Positions 44,135-58,259 of a DNA stretch of 64,000 bases are shown piece after piece. Origin of the DNA: Azolla caroliniana (taxonomy: Eukaryota > Plantae > Polypodiophyta); the NCBI GenBank assembly GCA_043228905.1, contig JBHGNT010000017.1, positions 10,974,001 to 11,038,000 of the forward strand, written 5' to 3'. The position numbers and the translations under genes were made by a program. Position 1 is the first letter of the stretch. Each line of letters begins with the position of its first letter. The notes beneath the pieces are model-generated. The model did no database searches. It was not told the origin of the DNA and worked only from the letters and a program-made list of their open reading frames with translations.

Positions 44135-47100
44135 TGTAGGAAATGGACAAGGCCGTCAGTGGGGAAGAGATCACAACATTCTAAATCAATGAGGAATAAA
44201 TTACCTACGTATGAGAGAAGGAAGAACAGAATACGTAGATTGAGAGAGAGAGAGAGAGGGGCACAAAGAATATGTCTATATTCATAAAAGGGCAACCGTT
44301 ACAACAATGAACAACCCACCTTTACAAAAGGTTACAAGGTCACTTTATATAGTGACTCACTTAGGGCAACTGCCTTTTATGTTATTTACAGAAATAGCCC
44401 GAACTTGGGCTCTCTAAGAGGATAGTGTGAATACGTCCATTATACATTTGTATTCGACACTCCCCTGTAATGGGCGTATACGTGCACTATGTAAAAGAAA
44501 TACAGGTATAGGCATAGGTTCTCGGACAGATCGGTTTTGTTCGAATTGGCATGATCCGAAGACAGAGGACCAAACCGGTCGGGTCGGAAAAGCTGAAGCC
44601 GATCGTTAGTGAACCGATGTCTGTTGTCTGAAACCGTCCTGCACTATGTCCGGCTTCAACCGGACGGATATGTTGTTACGCCCATCTGTTGCCGAAGAGA
44701 CCGGAACCGGTCTGCCGAAAGACACTTGGTCATTCCATCTATGACATTATCGGTTGTGGATAACTTCTCTAAACCGATTTTCCCGGAAATGACGCAGTCC
44801 CGAACGAAGTGATATCGAACTTCGATATGCTTGGAGGCGTTGTGATGAACCGGATTTTTCGACAAAGCAACAACACTCTGACTGTCGCTGTAGACAACTG
44901 GAGCCGAGTCGGAGTCGACTTGCCGAAATGTGTGCGCCAGCCGACCGAGCCATAAAGCTTCTTTCGCTGCGTCGGAGGCAGCTACATATTCTGCTTCGGT
45001 CGTTGAGGTGGCTATGCACTCCTGAAGTTTCGACTTCCACGAGATTGCTCCATTGCCGAATTTAAAGCAATATCCGGTTGTTGACTTGCGACTGTCCACA
45101 CAACCGGCGAAGTCCGAGTCAATGTAACTGGCTACGCCTGAAGTTGAGTTCGGACCGAAAAGGATGTCGTGGTCTTTTGTGCCAGCTAAATATCTGAACA
45201 CATGCTTGACTGTGTTCCAGTGCGATCGGACGGGATTGCGCATAAATCTGCTGATGACTCCTACGGTGTGAGAAATATCAGGCCGTGTCACGACCATCGC
45301 GTACATCAGAGAGCCTACTGCCGGTGCATACGGTACCGACTTTTCCCCCTCCGGACCGGATGTCGGGCAGTCTCGCTGAGAAAGCCGAAGATGAACGGGG
45401 AGCGGGGTCGAAGCAAACTTGGCCGATTGCATGTTGAAGCGTTCCAAGACACGTCCGATGTAGTCGGTTTGAAACTGAAAAAGTTGTCTTTTGGCGTGAT
45501 TCTGACTAATCTTCATTCCGAGTATGTGTCTTGCCGGACCGAGGTCCTTCATGGAAAACGTCAATCGCAGTTTCTAAATGAGTTCGGTGAGCTCTCCGGT
45601 ATGCCGACCGGAGAGTAGCATGTCGTCCACGTAGATGATGAGGAAGACGGGAGAACCATCTTGAGCTGTTTTGGTGAAGAGGCAGTGGTCCTCATTGCTC
45701 TTGGAGAAGCCGACCGACTGGATGAAGTCGTCGAACTTCTTGTACCACTGTTGGGGTGCCTGTTTCAGGCCGTAGAGACTCTTCCTGAGTCGGCAGACTA
45801 GATGTTCCTGACCGGTGGCCACAAAGCCTTTCGGCTGCTCCATGTAGATTTCCTCCTTTAGATCACCGTGGAGGAATGCCGTTTTCACATCTAGCTGAAT
45901 CAGCTCCAAATTGTCGGCAGCCACAACACCGAGCATGAAACGAAGGGTGGTCATTTTCACCACTAGTGAAAAGATTTCGTCGAAGTCGACGCAATATTCT
46001 GGTCGAAATCCCTTCGCAACTAATCTGGCCTTGTACTTTGGGGTGGTCGAGTCGAACGTCTCCTTTAGTCTATAGACCCACTTGCAAGGAAGAGCACATC
46101 GGTTCTTCGGTAAGTCGACCAGATCCCAAGTTTTGTTGGCGTGGATGGAGTGCATTTCCGACTCCATTGCCAGATGCCAGGTGGTTGAATCGGCAGCTGC
46201 CGATGCTTCTTCGTAGGACGTCGGTTCGCCGGCGTCGCTGAAGAAAATGCCGGGAGAGTACCTCTCCGGAGGTTGCAACAGTCTCTCGGATCTTCGAGGT
46301 ATGACTGGGCTGGTCACACTAGGTGTCGATGTCGGATGGTCGGAAGCCGAGCCATTCGGTTGTTCCGAATCTGTGGATTCTGTGTGAGAGAAGTCGGTTA
46401 CCCGTGAAACCGGTCTCGTGTTGTGTGCTAGGCCGTCATGAAGGGTTGGCACTTCGGAAAATATTACCCTTCGGACTTTGATAGGCCTTTTGGCCATTTT
46501 GTGCATAGTCGACTCGTTGAACACGACGTCCGAACTTCGAACGATTTGCCTGTGCTTGGGGTCCCAGAGTCGGTATCCGATCTCGCCGTCGAGTCCATAC
46601 CCGAGGAAAACGCATTTCCTTGATCTCGGTTCGAGTTTTCGGCGGTCGTCTTTCGGTATGAGGGCGTATGCCTCGCAACCGAAAATCCTCAGTTTATCAT
46701 AATTCGGCTTTCTCCCGGTCCATATTTCCTGAGGTATCTTAAGTCCTAGAGGTCTACTTGGCGACATATTGATTATGTGTACTGCCCTGAGTAGAGCCTC
46801 TGCCTAGAAGCCATCCGACATTCTGGAGTGTTGGAGCATGGATATAACGCGTTCTTGAATCGTCCGATTCATGCGTTCTGCGATTCCGTTCTGCTCCGGA
46901 CTATATGGTGCCGTATATTCACGTCTAATGCCGCGTTCTCGGCAAAATTTGACGAATTCATCAGATTTGAACTCACCTTCATTGTCGGTTCGGAGACACT
47001 TCAGTTTCCGACCGGTCTGGTTTTCGACCATTGCAAGCCAATCTGAGAAGATCGAGAACACCCGATCTTTGGTTCTGATGGGGTAAGCCCACACTTTCCG

Positions 47101-49692
47101 ATTCGAGTCGTCAATGAAACTGATGAAGTACGAGGCACCACCGAGTGACTGATGTGGCATCTGGCCACAGACGTCCGAGTGCACCAAATCTAGCGGGCTC
47201 GACTCTCTTGGTGTTGATGTCGGGTGTGATGCGGTTACCTGTTTGCCGTACTGGCAATGCTCGCAAAACTGATGGTCCGAGAAGGAGAGTTTCGGGATGT
47301 ATCCGGCTCTAGATAGGTGCGTGATGCCAGCCTTGCTGAGGTGTCCAAGTCGTCCATGCCATAAGGATGACACAGGGATATCTACTAGAAATAAGTCACC
47401 CTCTCTGAGTGTGACATACAAAGGGTACAATGAGTGTACCTTTGGTCCTCTAGCAAGCAGGAGGTTCCCTTTGTGGAGTGTCCACCCTCCTGATGAGAAA
47501 CCAGCACGGATGCCAGCTTCATCAAGTCGTCCGACGGAGATCAAGGGTCGTGAGAGCTCAGGAACATGTCGGACATCATGTAGTACGAGTGTAGAGCCAC
47601 CCGGAAGGTTGAGCTCTACGGTGCCGATTCCGATGATAGCACAGTGCTGCGAATTTCCGACTCGAACTGAGTTGGAGTGCCGGTTCGAATATTGCCGAAA
47701 CTGTGATTGGTGAGGTGTCACGTGATACGACGCGCCCGAGTCCAGAAGCCATGTGCTCGATTCCTTAGTCGTAAGCAGAACTTCTGATTCGACTGGATTC
47801 TCTATGGACAATATGTTCGGGTCGGTCTTCAATATCTCGACTGAAGAGCCGACGTAGTTGACTTCCTCATGCCGGTTACTTCTCTGATCAGCTCTCTGAG
47901 CTTTGTCTGTCTTTGACTTTAGTACCCGACAGTCGGCCTTGATGTCTCCTGGTTTCTTGCAGTAGTTGCAGATTCAGGTTTCCCGGGAGTTGTTGCGGCT
48001 TCGCTGATTTGTCGGCGGTCGAGAAGAACTTCTTCCCCGGTTGTTCGATCGGTCGGTCGAACCTTGTACTACATAGGCTTCTTCTGCCGAGTCTTTGGTG
48101 AAAGACCTTCTCCGAGCTACTTCAGTCAGGATTGCACTTGTGACTTCGGAGTACTTGATGGCTGTCGTAGAAGCGTTGCACACAGTTGTAACGAAGGTTT
48201 CCCAAGAGGAGGGGAGACTGCTCATGAGTATCATTGCTCTGAGTTCATCCTCGATTGTCGTCCCTTGTGATGAGATTTGGGAGCTCAAACTTTCGTACTT
48301 GTTAAGGTGTGCCTGAACCGAATCGGAGTCATTCATCCGCAAGTTGTAGAGGCACCGGATCAAATACATTTTCGTTGAGGCGACCTTCTTTTCGTAGGTT
48401 TCCAATAGCTTCTTCCAAAGTTTGAAAGCTGTCGTGCACGATAGCACTGTGAAGTACACTAGCTCCGACAGGTGCATCTGAATCGTGGCGCGGACGATTC
48501 TGTCCAGCTTCTGCCACTCATTTGCCTTGTATATTTCTGGAGCAGTTTCATTCTCAATCGGATCGATCTGACCGTTGACTATAAGATAGTCCTGCATTTG
48601 CTCCTTCCAAAAATTGAAGTTCGAACCGTCAAACCTCCTTAGACTCATTTCCGATGAGCCAGATGTTGATGTCATCAGATTCGGTTTCGGTTGACGAAGC
48701 TCGGTTCGGAGTTGACTACGAACCTTGTTGGAGTGCAGCCGGTCGGCTCACCCGGTATCGTTCTAGTCGGATTTGAACCCGAGTCGGTTTCGGATATATG
48801 TATTGTTGAACTTGCTCAAATTGACTCCGGTAACTTGAGGGACAGAGCCGACCGGTCTTCCCGAATGTTGCCGAGTCGGAGTGAGCCTGGATCGCTTCCG
48901 AATATATATGCCAAATACCGATTATTGAAACCGATTGTCTGGATTGATTCTGCTTCGGGTGACTGCAGCGACGAGAGAGACGGATCCAATTGATCCTCCC
49001 GAATGTTGATCGGTCGGATGAAGCACGAATTGGGGTTGTTGTCTTGAGACCGATCTGCACCGAGTGGTTACAACAGGCGGCGAGCAGCGTTCGGTGACCT
49101 GTTCGGATGCCGTTTAACTGAGTGGAGCACGATCGTGTCAATGTTGCACAAGGGGATTTCACCTCGAGCGGTTACGATCACGAGGAACAGAGTATAGCCG
49201 GCCGGCTTACTCCAATCTAAGATGATCTAACGCGATGAGATGCAAGCCTCGTTTTTCTTCTTCTCTGTTTCTTCAAATACAAAACAAAAAAGGATGTTGT
49301 GATCCAAAGATTCGAAGGCGGCCGGCAGCGGGATGAAGGACATCCAAGCTCTGATACCAACTGTAGGAAATGGACAAGGCCTTCAATGCGGAAGAGATCA
49401 CAACATTCTGAATCGATGAGGAATAAATTACCTACATATGAGAGAAGGAAGAACAGAATACGTAGATTGAGAGAGAGAGAGAGAGAGGGGCACAAAGAAT
49501 ATGTATGTCTATATTCATAAAAGGGCAACCGTTACAACAATGAACAACCCACCTTTACAAAAGGTTACAAGGTCACTTTATATAGTGACTCACTTAGGGC
49601 AACTGCCCTTTATGTTATTTACAGAAATAGCCCGAACTTGGGCTCTCTAAGAGGATAGTGTGAATACGTCCATTATACATTTGTATTCGACA
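44135..49692 (-). mobile_element. C5: full-length Copia (Tork/Tnt1-like) nested in C4
   Basis: LTRs 44135-44459 and 49362-49692 (about 7 substitutions plus 2 small indels). TSD GGTGG. iMet PBS at 49347-49359. Confidence 0.96.
44656..48675 (-). pseudogene. pol: C5 gag-pol, broken into 4 ORFs
   Basis: FDGSNFNFWK gag start, WLLDSGASYH, WHGRLGH/CEHC, HSDVCG, YVDDMLL, DSDFAG. Confidence 0.93.
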
Positions 49693-50519
49693 GGTGGTGT
49701 ATTCCCACATCTTCTTCTTCCTTTCTTCCTTGAGTGTGAACCATCTCCTTGGTTCCTTACATGGGGAGAGCACAACCGAATCATCTTGCTAATCCGTCTA
49801 ACTCAACACTTCATTCGGCCCGCTTAGCTGGAATGAGATCGAACTCTCATCTAGATTACCAAAGTCTTCTTCTTCTTCTACCCAGATTGTTTTGGGCTCA
49901 CTGGCCTCATCTTCCAAAATCGGGTCAGAGTTAGACATCGAAGTCGGGAGAGAGTACCATGATGTCGACTCACCAAATTCGACATCCCGGCTCACTCGAA
50001 CTATCTTTGTCCATGGGTCACATCACTTATACCCCTTCTGCTGATGAGAGTAGCCCACTAGTATGCATCATGCTCTTCTCTTCCAACATTGCCCGTGTCG
50101 CCTCCACAATTGACCAATTTTTTCTTTCGGCCACACGGTTTTGTTCCGGTGTGTATGTGCAACTAAATTCTCTCTGAATTCCCATTTGTTGCAGGTAATT
50201 GTTGAATTGGCCGGAAAAATATTCTTTTCCGCCATCCGACCGCAGGCACTTGATCTTCATGTTTGTTTCCTGTTCAACGAGACATTGCAAGTTCCAGAAA
50301 CAGTCGAAGACTTCACTTTTCTTCTCGATGAGGTAGATCCACGTGTGCTGGCTGTAGTCCTTGATGAAAGAGACGAAATATTGGGTCCCCCCAAGACTAA
50401 CGTTCAGTGTTGGTCCCCATACATCCAAAGCTAGTGTTGCTTCCCGATCTGGCAGGCTTCGTATATTTGGTCCTTCCGGCCACTGAATTTTGGAAATCCG
50501 AAAACAACCTGTTTCGATT

Positions 50520-52151
50520 AAATGATAAATGTAAAAGAACTCAAGCCAAGAAAGATGAGTTGTTGGAGAAGTAGGCCGAAGACCAATTTCCCGCACACCA
50601 AGTAACTGACAGGCTTTTCGAGTCTGATCAAGTTCTACAACAAAAAATGCATGAAGCCGAAGCAGGAATCAGAACTGCAACAGCTCGAGCAGAGGAAGCT
50701 GAAACGAGAGTCAAGAAGGTAGAAGAGCATCTACTATTGGCAAAACAGAAATCAGTAAATGGCTAGATGCAAAAGAAGAAGCAATACAACGGCTCAAACG
50801 ACAGTTAGCACAACGGTAGGAGGAAAAACAACAACAAGAGGAACAAATACTTGAATTAGAAGAATATGTGCGGATTCAGGAAGATTATTTTGCTAACCAA
50901 ATGGCCGAAGCCTAACTCAAAGCTACAACGACACAAGAGGTGCATGAAGAAGATAAGCGACAATGGGAATCAACGAATTCCGATTTACAAAGCTGCTTCA
51001 CCAAATTAGAATCTAGGTATGAAAAGAAAAGACTACATCTATTGGTAGCCGAAGCAAAGCTCATGCAAGCGGACGGAGTAACCAATGCACAGGTAACAAA
51101 TCTACGCAAGAAACTGGCCATGGCACAATACCATGCGAATATGGGTGAAGAAAAAATTAGAGCAATACTAAACCGCCACAAACTAAACACTCTAAAACCG
51201 GTACTCAACACTCTAAAACTGGTATCCGACTCTCTCGACAAAGGATGGAAGACATGGTTGGCACAGGCAGCAGAATTACAAATCTTGCGTGCCGACAGAG
51301 ATAACCGAAAAAAACAGGGGCCAAGATTCTTCAAAATGACAGAGGAAGCAATATCCATTGTATAGGAAGATATTGCTAAAGACTTGTATAATATGGCAGC
51401 TAGTCATCGAGAAGAAATAACTCAACTTATGCAAGAATTTGATAAGCATGAAATCGACACCTCTATTCAGTTAGAGGGTTATGAACAAACCAAAAGAAGT
51501 CAAACACCAGAGCTCGGAGCCCCAACATCCTCGCAACCACCACCCTCACACCACAACACTCGAAGAGAACGCCGACAATGATACTAACACCGACACTAAC
51601 GACGACAACGAAGCCGAACCATCATTATGCGACATTCTGTAAGACGACGACAAGGAGGAAATGGATGACGATCTTAAGCTAGAGCATCCAGAGTAGTCTG
51701 TTACCGTGGGTTCGACCGGGCAAGGTCCTGGCCCACGGGCGTGCCAACTGTTAGCCAGTCAGTGAATGAGTAAGTTGTTTTTGCCAACTAAATAATAAGT
51801 ACGAATATTTAAGTTAGTTAGAAGTTTTGTAGTTCTTGCTGATAAGGCAAAATGTAGTTCTTGATGAAGAAGTCTTTCAGGTTACCTATAAAAAGGAACT
51901 GAAAGCATTGTACTACTATCGTATGTTTTCAGTTAATATAGTTTTTAGTTATAGCATTGTACTACTTGTGACGATAATACTGTTCTCTATAATTCTGTTC
52001 TGCTATAACTGTATTAACTAAAATAGTCAATCACGATACAAAATACAGTATCGTAGGTTACGATTAATCTAGTATAATCCATTTGTATTCCACAATTCTT
52101 TGATAGAACGTTCATCACAAGAACGTTCGACCCTATTGTCTGTCGGTCACA
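50520..52151 (+). mobile_element. G3: 3' fragment of a third G1-like Gypsy (ORF3 C-terminus, tRNA-like motif, LTR ~51749-52151)
   Basis: WKTWLAQAAELQILRADRDNRKKQG in ORF 50940-51365. The LTR starts TGTTAG and contains CTATAAAAAGG. Confidence 0.8.
51704..51746 (+). promoter_or_regulatory. tRNA-Arg(UCU) 3'-end-like motif (inverted PBS) at the PPT position of G3
   Basis: CCGTGGGTTCGA-ccgggcaaggtcct-GGCCCACGGGCGTGCCA-ac-TGTT. Confidence 0.8.
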
Positions 52152-52690
52152 GGGAGTCGTGTGTCGGCCGAACAACATTTGGCCCGACTGAAGAAGTCAG
52201 AGTGCAGAGGACAGCTGAAGAAGCCGAGACTAGACGTAGCGGGAGCCACCAGAACGGAGAACACATGCCGAAGCGAACCGAAAAAGGGGGAGGCAGAGCC
52301 GATAAGGCCAAGACCCGAACATGGTTCGATCTGGTAAAGGGCCTAAATATTGATGACGAATTGGAGACAACCAATTCGGATAAGAGCTGGAACGAATCGG
52401 AGGCAACCGATTTTGAAGACGAGTTCGATTCGAATGAGCCGAATCAACTGAAGGCCAAGCGGACTAAAAGGCAGCAAAAGTGGACGTTGAGATGGAGGAG
52501 CCAACGGCTCTAGGGACGCCAACACCATGACAACAAGGGAGCTGATAAGGGCCAAAGGAGCAGACACGCTGATCGAGAAGATCGAGATGCGCGGAACTAG
52601 ACGCTTCGCGGGAAGACGAACCGGACCGGAGGAGGAGTGCGAGCTAGGCGGGAGGACGCTAGGGAGAGTCGGAGGAGAGGTTCGGATAGC
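52152..52690 (+). mobile_element. Fragment of the C4-family post-RNase H extension, opposite orientation to C4
   Basis: KAKTRTWFDLVKGLNIDDELETTNSDKSWNESEATD matches KAKTQTWSDVVKGLKTEDELETTNSNKSWNESETT in ORF 42043-42585. Confidence 0.8.
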
Positions 52691-55376
52691 ACATATGTTA
52701 TCCCCTTCTTCGGGAGCAACACCTTTGATTTTACTTTCGGAAATCGGATGAAGGGGTCATGGTATGTGGTGGAAAAACAGAAGTGCACTAGATCGGCTTT
52801 GCAATCAGTGTCGTGTAACGAAATGATCAACGACACTTAGTCGTAGGACACGATCTTAATTCAAGAATGAACTTCTTAGCGTGACCATGAACACATAACA
52901 ACATAGAGCCAAAACAATATATATTTATATTACAAGTGGAGGGACAACGATACACGGCTCACGACCGAAGTTACAACAAAAAGTATAATCCGATGCTTAT
53001 TGTCTCCTATTCTAGCTAGGGGGGCTTCCTCTCTCCTCTCTCCTTTCTCCACTCCCTTCCTTTCATTTCTCCTTCACGTTTTATAGCTTTTCCTTTCCCC
53101 GCTCGGCATGCTTCAGTCTTCCATCGTTTTCGGCTGCACATATTGTGGTTGTGTTTGTTCAGTTGTTTGATTCTTGTTACTTTCTCGATTACGGTTGCCT
53201 TCACCTCCAAATTTATTTCACACTTAATATACAAAAATTGGCCCATAAACAACACCTAACACGCTCGTGGGACAATGCCTTTCAATGTCGAATGCACACA
53301 CAAAAAAACGAAAAATAAAAAGAGTCGTAAAATGGCTATGGTACGCTCAATCTTTTGTCAAAATGTCGAGGATGCCTTCGGAGGTTGGGTGCACAGTTGT
53401 GTCCTCCGTCGTAGCCATCGAGATAGCTGGTTCCGGCTCATTCTGTGGGGTTTGCTCAAGCCAACATCGGGGTCGTGGTCGATATCTATTTGCGTTGCTA
53501 GTGAGAGTCTAGTTATGAATAGATTTTAAGAAAGAGATAAATCTAGTTATAAATAGATTTTAAGAAAGAGATATAAAAACCTCGTGAATCCCAGTATAAT
53601 GTATTTTATTAGATTAATCAATATTAAGATAAGAATATGAATTTGGATTGAAAAAGAGAGATATAGAAACCTCGTGAATCCCACTTGTATAGTTTATTTC
53701 GTGAATCCCATGAATATAATTTATTAATTGGTGTTTTTTAGAAATATATCCAATTTCCAAAAGATAGCACTCTCATTACATTGTGCTCTCCATTCTTATA
53801 TAGTGATGAGGGAGTCTTAACAATCCATGCTTTTTCTCTAAATATCAACTCCATGCTTTTTTTATCAATAGATTATATGCGTTCTCTAACATGCTTCTTC
53901 TAAAAGTGATCATGCTTTTTCTAACCTCATGCGTTTTTATTGACTATAGTTTTTATGCACGCTAGATGTGCCTGTGTAACTTTTTTCTATCATGCGTTTT
54001 TCTTTTAACTAAAGCTTTTCCTAGAAAATATATGTGAATATACCTTTCTATGTGGGTTATCTATTTTTTAACACTTATGATGTGTTAGGATAATGGTAAG
54101 CCTTTACATTATAAACATGGAGGTACAAGGTTCGAATCTTGCCCTATGCATGTAATATATATTTTAATATTTCTTTCTTTTTCTTCATAATTGTTCAATC
54201 GGTTATTTTATACGTTTTTCACGTAGTGTACGAAATACATTACGACACTCGCCCCCTCCGAACCCGCACATCCTCCGGTGTGTGCCAAAGTTGTTGGAGC
54301 TTGTTATTTTGTTTCATCTGTAATACCCTCTATTTCTCTCACAATGTTGACCTTGTCTCTCCATTTTGAGCATGTCCATTCCTTCCACCAGAACCATTGT
54401 CGCCATCCGATCCACCATATTCTTCGTTCACTCTTTGCATGGCCATGACCGGTTGTCATGACTCCTTCTGCTCTTCTTGAGTTGAACCCTTCATGTGTTG
54501 TGCATGTACCACCTTCATTCGGACCGTCTCCTTGGTCAAGACACTTCGCATTTCATCCACCTTGGTTGTACAATCTCGCGTTAGAGTTGACAATCTTTAT
54601 GTTAGAGCCCTTCTTCTTTGTCGAGATCTCATCCTCAGTAACACCCTTCAAATCCGCTTGGCCCTTGTCGTCTGTGGTAGTGTGCCTGCTTGGCAGCTTC
54701 CTCGTGTTCACTAACCTTGATTGCTTCGACCTCCGGTTGAGTCGTATTAGCTTCTTTCTGATTCGGTCTCGTCTGATTGCCTTTCGGTTGGATGAGACTC
54801 GTATTTGGCCGAATCAAACTCGGTTGATTGGTTTCAACCGAGTGGGGCCCCTTCCAGGTACCCATGTTCGACCCATCAGTTTCAGTCTGGGTTGACTTTC
54901 TTTTCTTCGTGTTCACCGGATTCGACGGGTTTGACTTCCGGCTGAGCTAGATTAGCTTCATTCCGGATTGGTCTCGTCCAATTGGCATCCGACTTGAACG
55001 ATTTTGGTCTGGGTCGGGCTCGACCGATCAGATTTCGGCCAAATCCACTTCCTCTTGGTTCGGGGCCGAAGCATGCTACAGTGTACCAACTTTTGGCCAA
55101 AACTTTAGTACTAATTCCATGTGGAGGAAAAACTTCAAAATGTAAAAATAAATCCAGTATTTGGGTTTAAAAAGTTGATCACTTGTCTTAAAATTAAAAG
55201 TCACATTTAATGAAAATAGAATTCAAATACAAATAAACATCACTTGTGTTAAAATCCTAGGTAATGTTGTAAGGAGGTCTTAACTATATAAGATCTCGAG
55301 TCCTTAGTCAATCATCCACTCTGTCACTCTTGGCAATTAACAATTTTATGTTGAACTATCTGTTAATTAGTCTATT

Positions 55377-55404
<28 letters not shown>

Positions 55405-55410
<6 letters not shown>

Positions 55411-56340
55411 GAAACCCACAAGAAAAAAGATATAGAGGAAAAAGACGCCCTCAAGGCCGAAATAGAAAAACTTAAAGTGGAAAACACCAACCTTAAAAAA
55501 CAACTTAATGACATTGAGGTATCTCGAGACGACGGTGAAATATCCTCCATAGAGGATATAAAGGACGAGAATTAAAAAAGTTAAAGACGAAGTTAAAAAT
55601 AACATAGAGTTAGCTAAAACGGGTTGGGTAGGCATGGTTAAAAGAAACATTAAAAAAGAAATAAAAGATGAAAATATTGTTAATACCACCCTTGAAGAAG
55701 AGAAAATGCGGTAGGGCCGATGCTTAAATGTACGTGTCACTGGGCTCAAGGAAGGTGCATCCCCAGATGAGGATGCACAAACACTTGGGAAAATGTTAGG
55801 GTACATAGAGGCCCTACCTATCACCAAAGCATGGAGGACCGGACGTGACACAACTAGGAAGAGAGCCTTAGTACATCAATTTAAAGACTTAGACTCTAGA
55901 ATCACCTTCTTTAAGAAGAGACCAATTCTTCGAGGATTGGGGGGGGACCCTATCTATCTCGATGAAGACCTCACTAAGATGCAAATTGAGCATCGCAAGA
56001 GTTGTATGCCACGAGTTATGCAAGCTCATAAAGAAGGGCATCGCGCCTTTTCCGAGACGGGCGAGTGATCATAAATGATTACACTACTAATTGACGTCGT
56101 GTTTCCCATGTGACAGAAAATGCACTTAGGATGACTTTATGGAATTGTAACGATGCACTCTGGACATATCCATAACGGTGCACTCTGAACATACCCCGGC
56201 CGCCTAGAGGAGATATTAAAGCTATCAGATATACTTTTCTTGGTAGAAACACACCAAAACCCAAATAGAGGACTCCCACGGATCGAAGGATTCCGTTGGG
56301 AGTCCGCTTTTAGACAAACCTCACATCGAAACACTACTAG
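55405..56340 (+). pseudogene. LINE 5' fragment: ORF1 (coiled coil plus RRM-like) and the start of the APE endonuclease
   Basis: NVRVTGLKE...AWRTGR...PIYLDEDLTKMQ is typical of LINE ORF1. It is followed by LRMTLWNCN...LVETH..LPRIEGFRW, which resembles the endonuclease N-terminus. Preceded by (CT)n. Confidence 0.75.
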
Positions 56341-56849
56341 GTGCACATCGTGTCCTCTTCGCATCGGTTTAGGGTTTGGTAGTCGTGTTCCCTCAACCTC
56401 CAAGTGTTCCCTCATACCTGGTTCCCTCTACCCAGTGTGTTTCAATCGTGTCCCCTCTTCAAAGACTTCGACAACGACATTTGGTACTTGTTTTACACTA
56501 TATTTGTATGTTTGATTCTATCTGTTTTTGTCATTTTCTATTTGTCTCTTACATCTGCAACCATAATGATGTTTGGGACATGTTTATCTGTATGTTTGAT
56601 TCTATCTGTTATTATCGTTGAGGGTTTTGTTGTTGTTGTTGTTGTTGTTGGTCTCCCTTGATCATTTGATCATTTGAGTGCGTTGTACATGCATATGCTT
56701 GAATTTGAGAGTCAGACAATATGTGTATATGTCAAGTATCGGGAGTTAACATTATGTTTCATATCTGACATCTCCTTGAATTGTATATTATTTAATATTA
56801 TTTACTATTGTTGTGCATGATTTACTGTTATTTACTATTGTTGTGCATG

Positions 56850-58170
56850 TGAGGCAAAGAAGAGAGACATGATTCACATCACAAGGAAGTCACCCACAAA
56901 GAAGAAAATGGTCACCGAAAATTTCATCACACCATGCAAGGAAAGAAAAAGGGACCCCATCAAAGAAAGTAAGATGACCCCCGCCAAAGGGAGGTCAGGG
57001 TTTTTAGCAACTTAGGGCAAAAAGGTTCACACAAACATCCCTCGAGGTTCAAAATTGGGATGGGGTTATTTCCTTCATGCACGACCTGACACTTATGAAG
57101 ACGTAGACATGTGGATGAAGCAAACTTGGGGCTCATCACAACACGAGTCACGGAGAGGTTTCCACATCACTCAATTGAAGAAGGATTATATCACTAAACT
57201 AAAGTCACAATATGAACAAGTTTATGATACGAAACATATCCTAAACAATGAGGTAGGATTTGGCTTTGCACGTGCATTTGCATGTGAACTCCATGGTGGC
57301 ATTAAAGTTGATTGGGAAGATTTTGCTCATCATCGATCATCACATTATAGAGGGTCCTCAAGTACCAACACTACCGTGAAGTCTGAGGGTACCTCTCATA
57401 TTGAAATCCCAACTCGGACATCTATGTTGACTCAACAAATTGCAAAATAGAAAGCCACACTGACAGAAAAACACGAAGAGCGATTGTTGCGCTGTATAGT
57501 TTCCATGCAAACAAAAATGCAAGCACTGCTAGCCGATTTGGAAGAAGTTTCATCTGGTGAGATGGCAGCAAAGAAACAATTCACATCTAGGTCGATTACA
57601 TATGAATGGATTGCATCAACAATCCAAAATTCTGAAAGTGATGTGTTAAAAGAGGAATTGAAGAAGGAGCTCACAAGTATGAGCCCTCATCTAGAAGCAC
57701 AGAAGAAAGTTCTAAAGACATGGCGGTCTTCTCGTAATGAAATTGATGAGCAATTATCTGCCTTAAAGCTGCATTCAGATAATCTAACATGTTTGATGAA
57801 GTGTCCTAAAGAAAAAGGTTTAGATACTCTATGTCCAGACGTAGTTGAGCACCCCGCTTGCATGGAAAGTACAAATAGAAGCATTACTATATCACAGTAA
57901 TGGTTTATATTTGTCCTTTTTGACCTTCAATGGTATAAAATATCATTGGTACTAATATAGTGTATGTTGTGTCTCGTTACTGAAGGTGTTTATTCTGTGG
58001 CCTTGGATTCAAGCTTGAGTCTATGGATGCTATCATTACACCATGCTTGCACACATATCATTTGTTATGTGCTAAGTACCATTTCGAGAAAGAAAATATA
58101 TGTTTGGACTGTAAAAGTACAGTTGGAGCGGAATGGTACCTAGCTTGGGGTTTAAAAGTACACTCCTATG
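56850..58170 (+). pseudogene. Spliced gene: TE-type N-terminal domain, coiled coil and RING-H2 finger; one in-frame stop at 57448-57450
   Basis: ORFs 57055-57450 and 57484-57896 are in the same frame. GT-AG intron 57897-57985 joins in frame to CLFC-x15-CLHTYHLLC-x10-CLDC. Possible further exons extend to ~60632. Confidence 0.7.
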
Positions 58171-58259
58171 GTACGTGATTAAGCATTATGTAATTTTTAT
58201 ACTCTGATTTTATAATTTCACTTTTGGTTCTGTTCTTACAGTTGGATCCAGGATGATCA

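Larger units (their letters stand above)
41369..50520 (-). mobile_element. C4: 5'-truncated degenerate Copia of the C1 family, interrupted by C5
   Basis: 3' LTR ~41369-41811, PPT CTTGAGGGGGAG at 41812-41823, RH/RT at 42430-44134, INT at 49698-50520. Confidence 0.88.

Noticed and set aside
54085-54146. tRNA/SINE-like A and B boxes (GGTTCGAATC), with a similar stretch at ~36195-36255
   Set aside because: No convincing cloverleaf, tail or TSD; too degenerate to call.
54247-55090. Possible minus-strand retroelement 3' region (GAGGGGGCGAG followed by TGTCGT)
   Set aside because: No second LTR end or protein motif could be identified.
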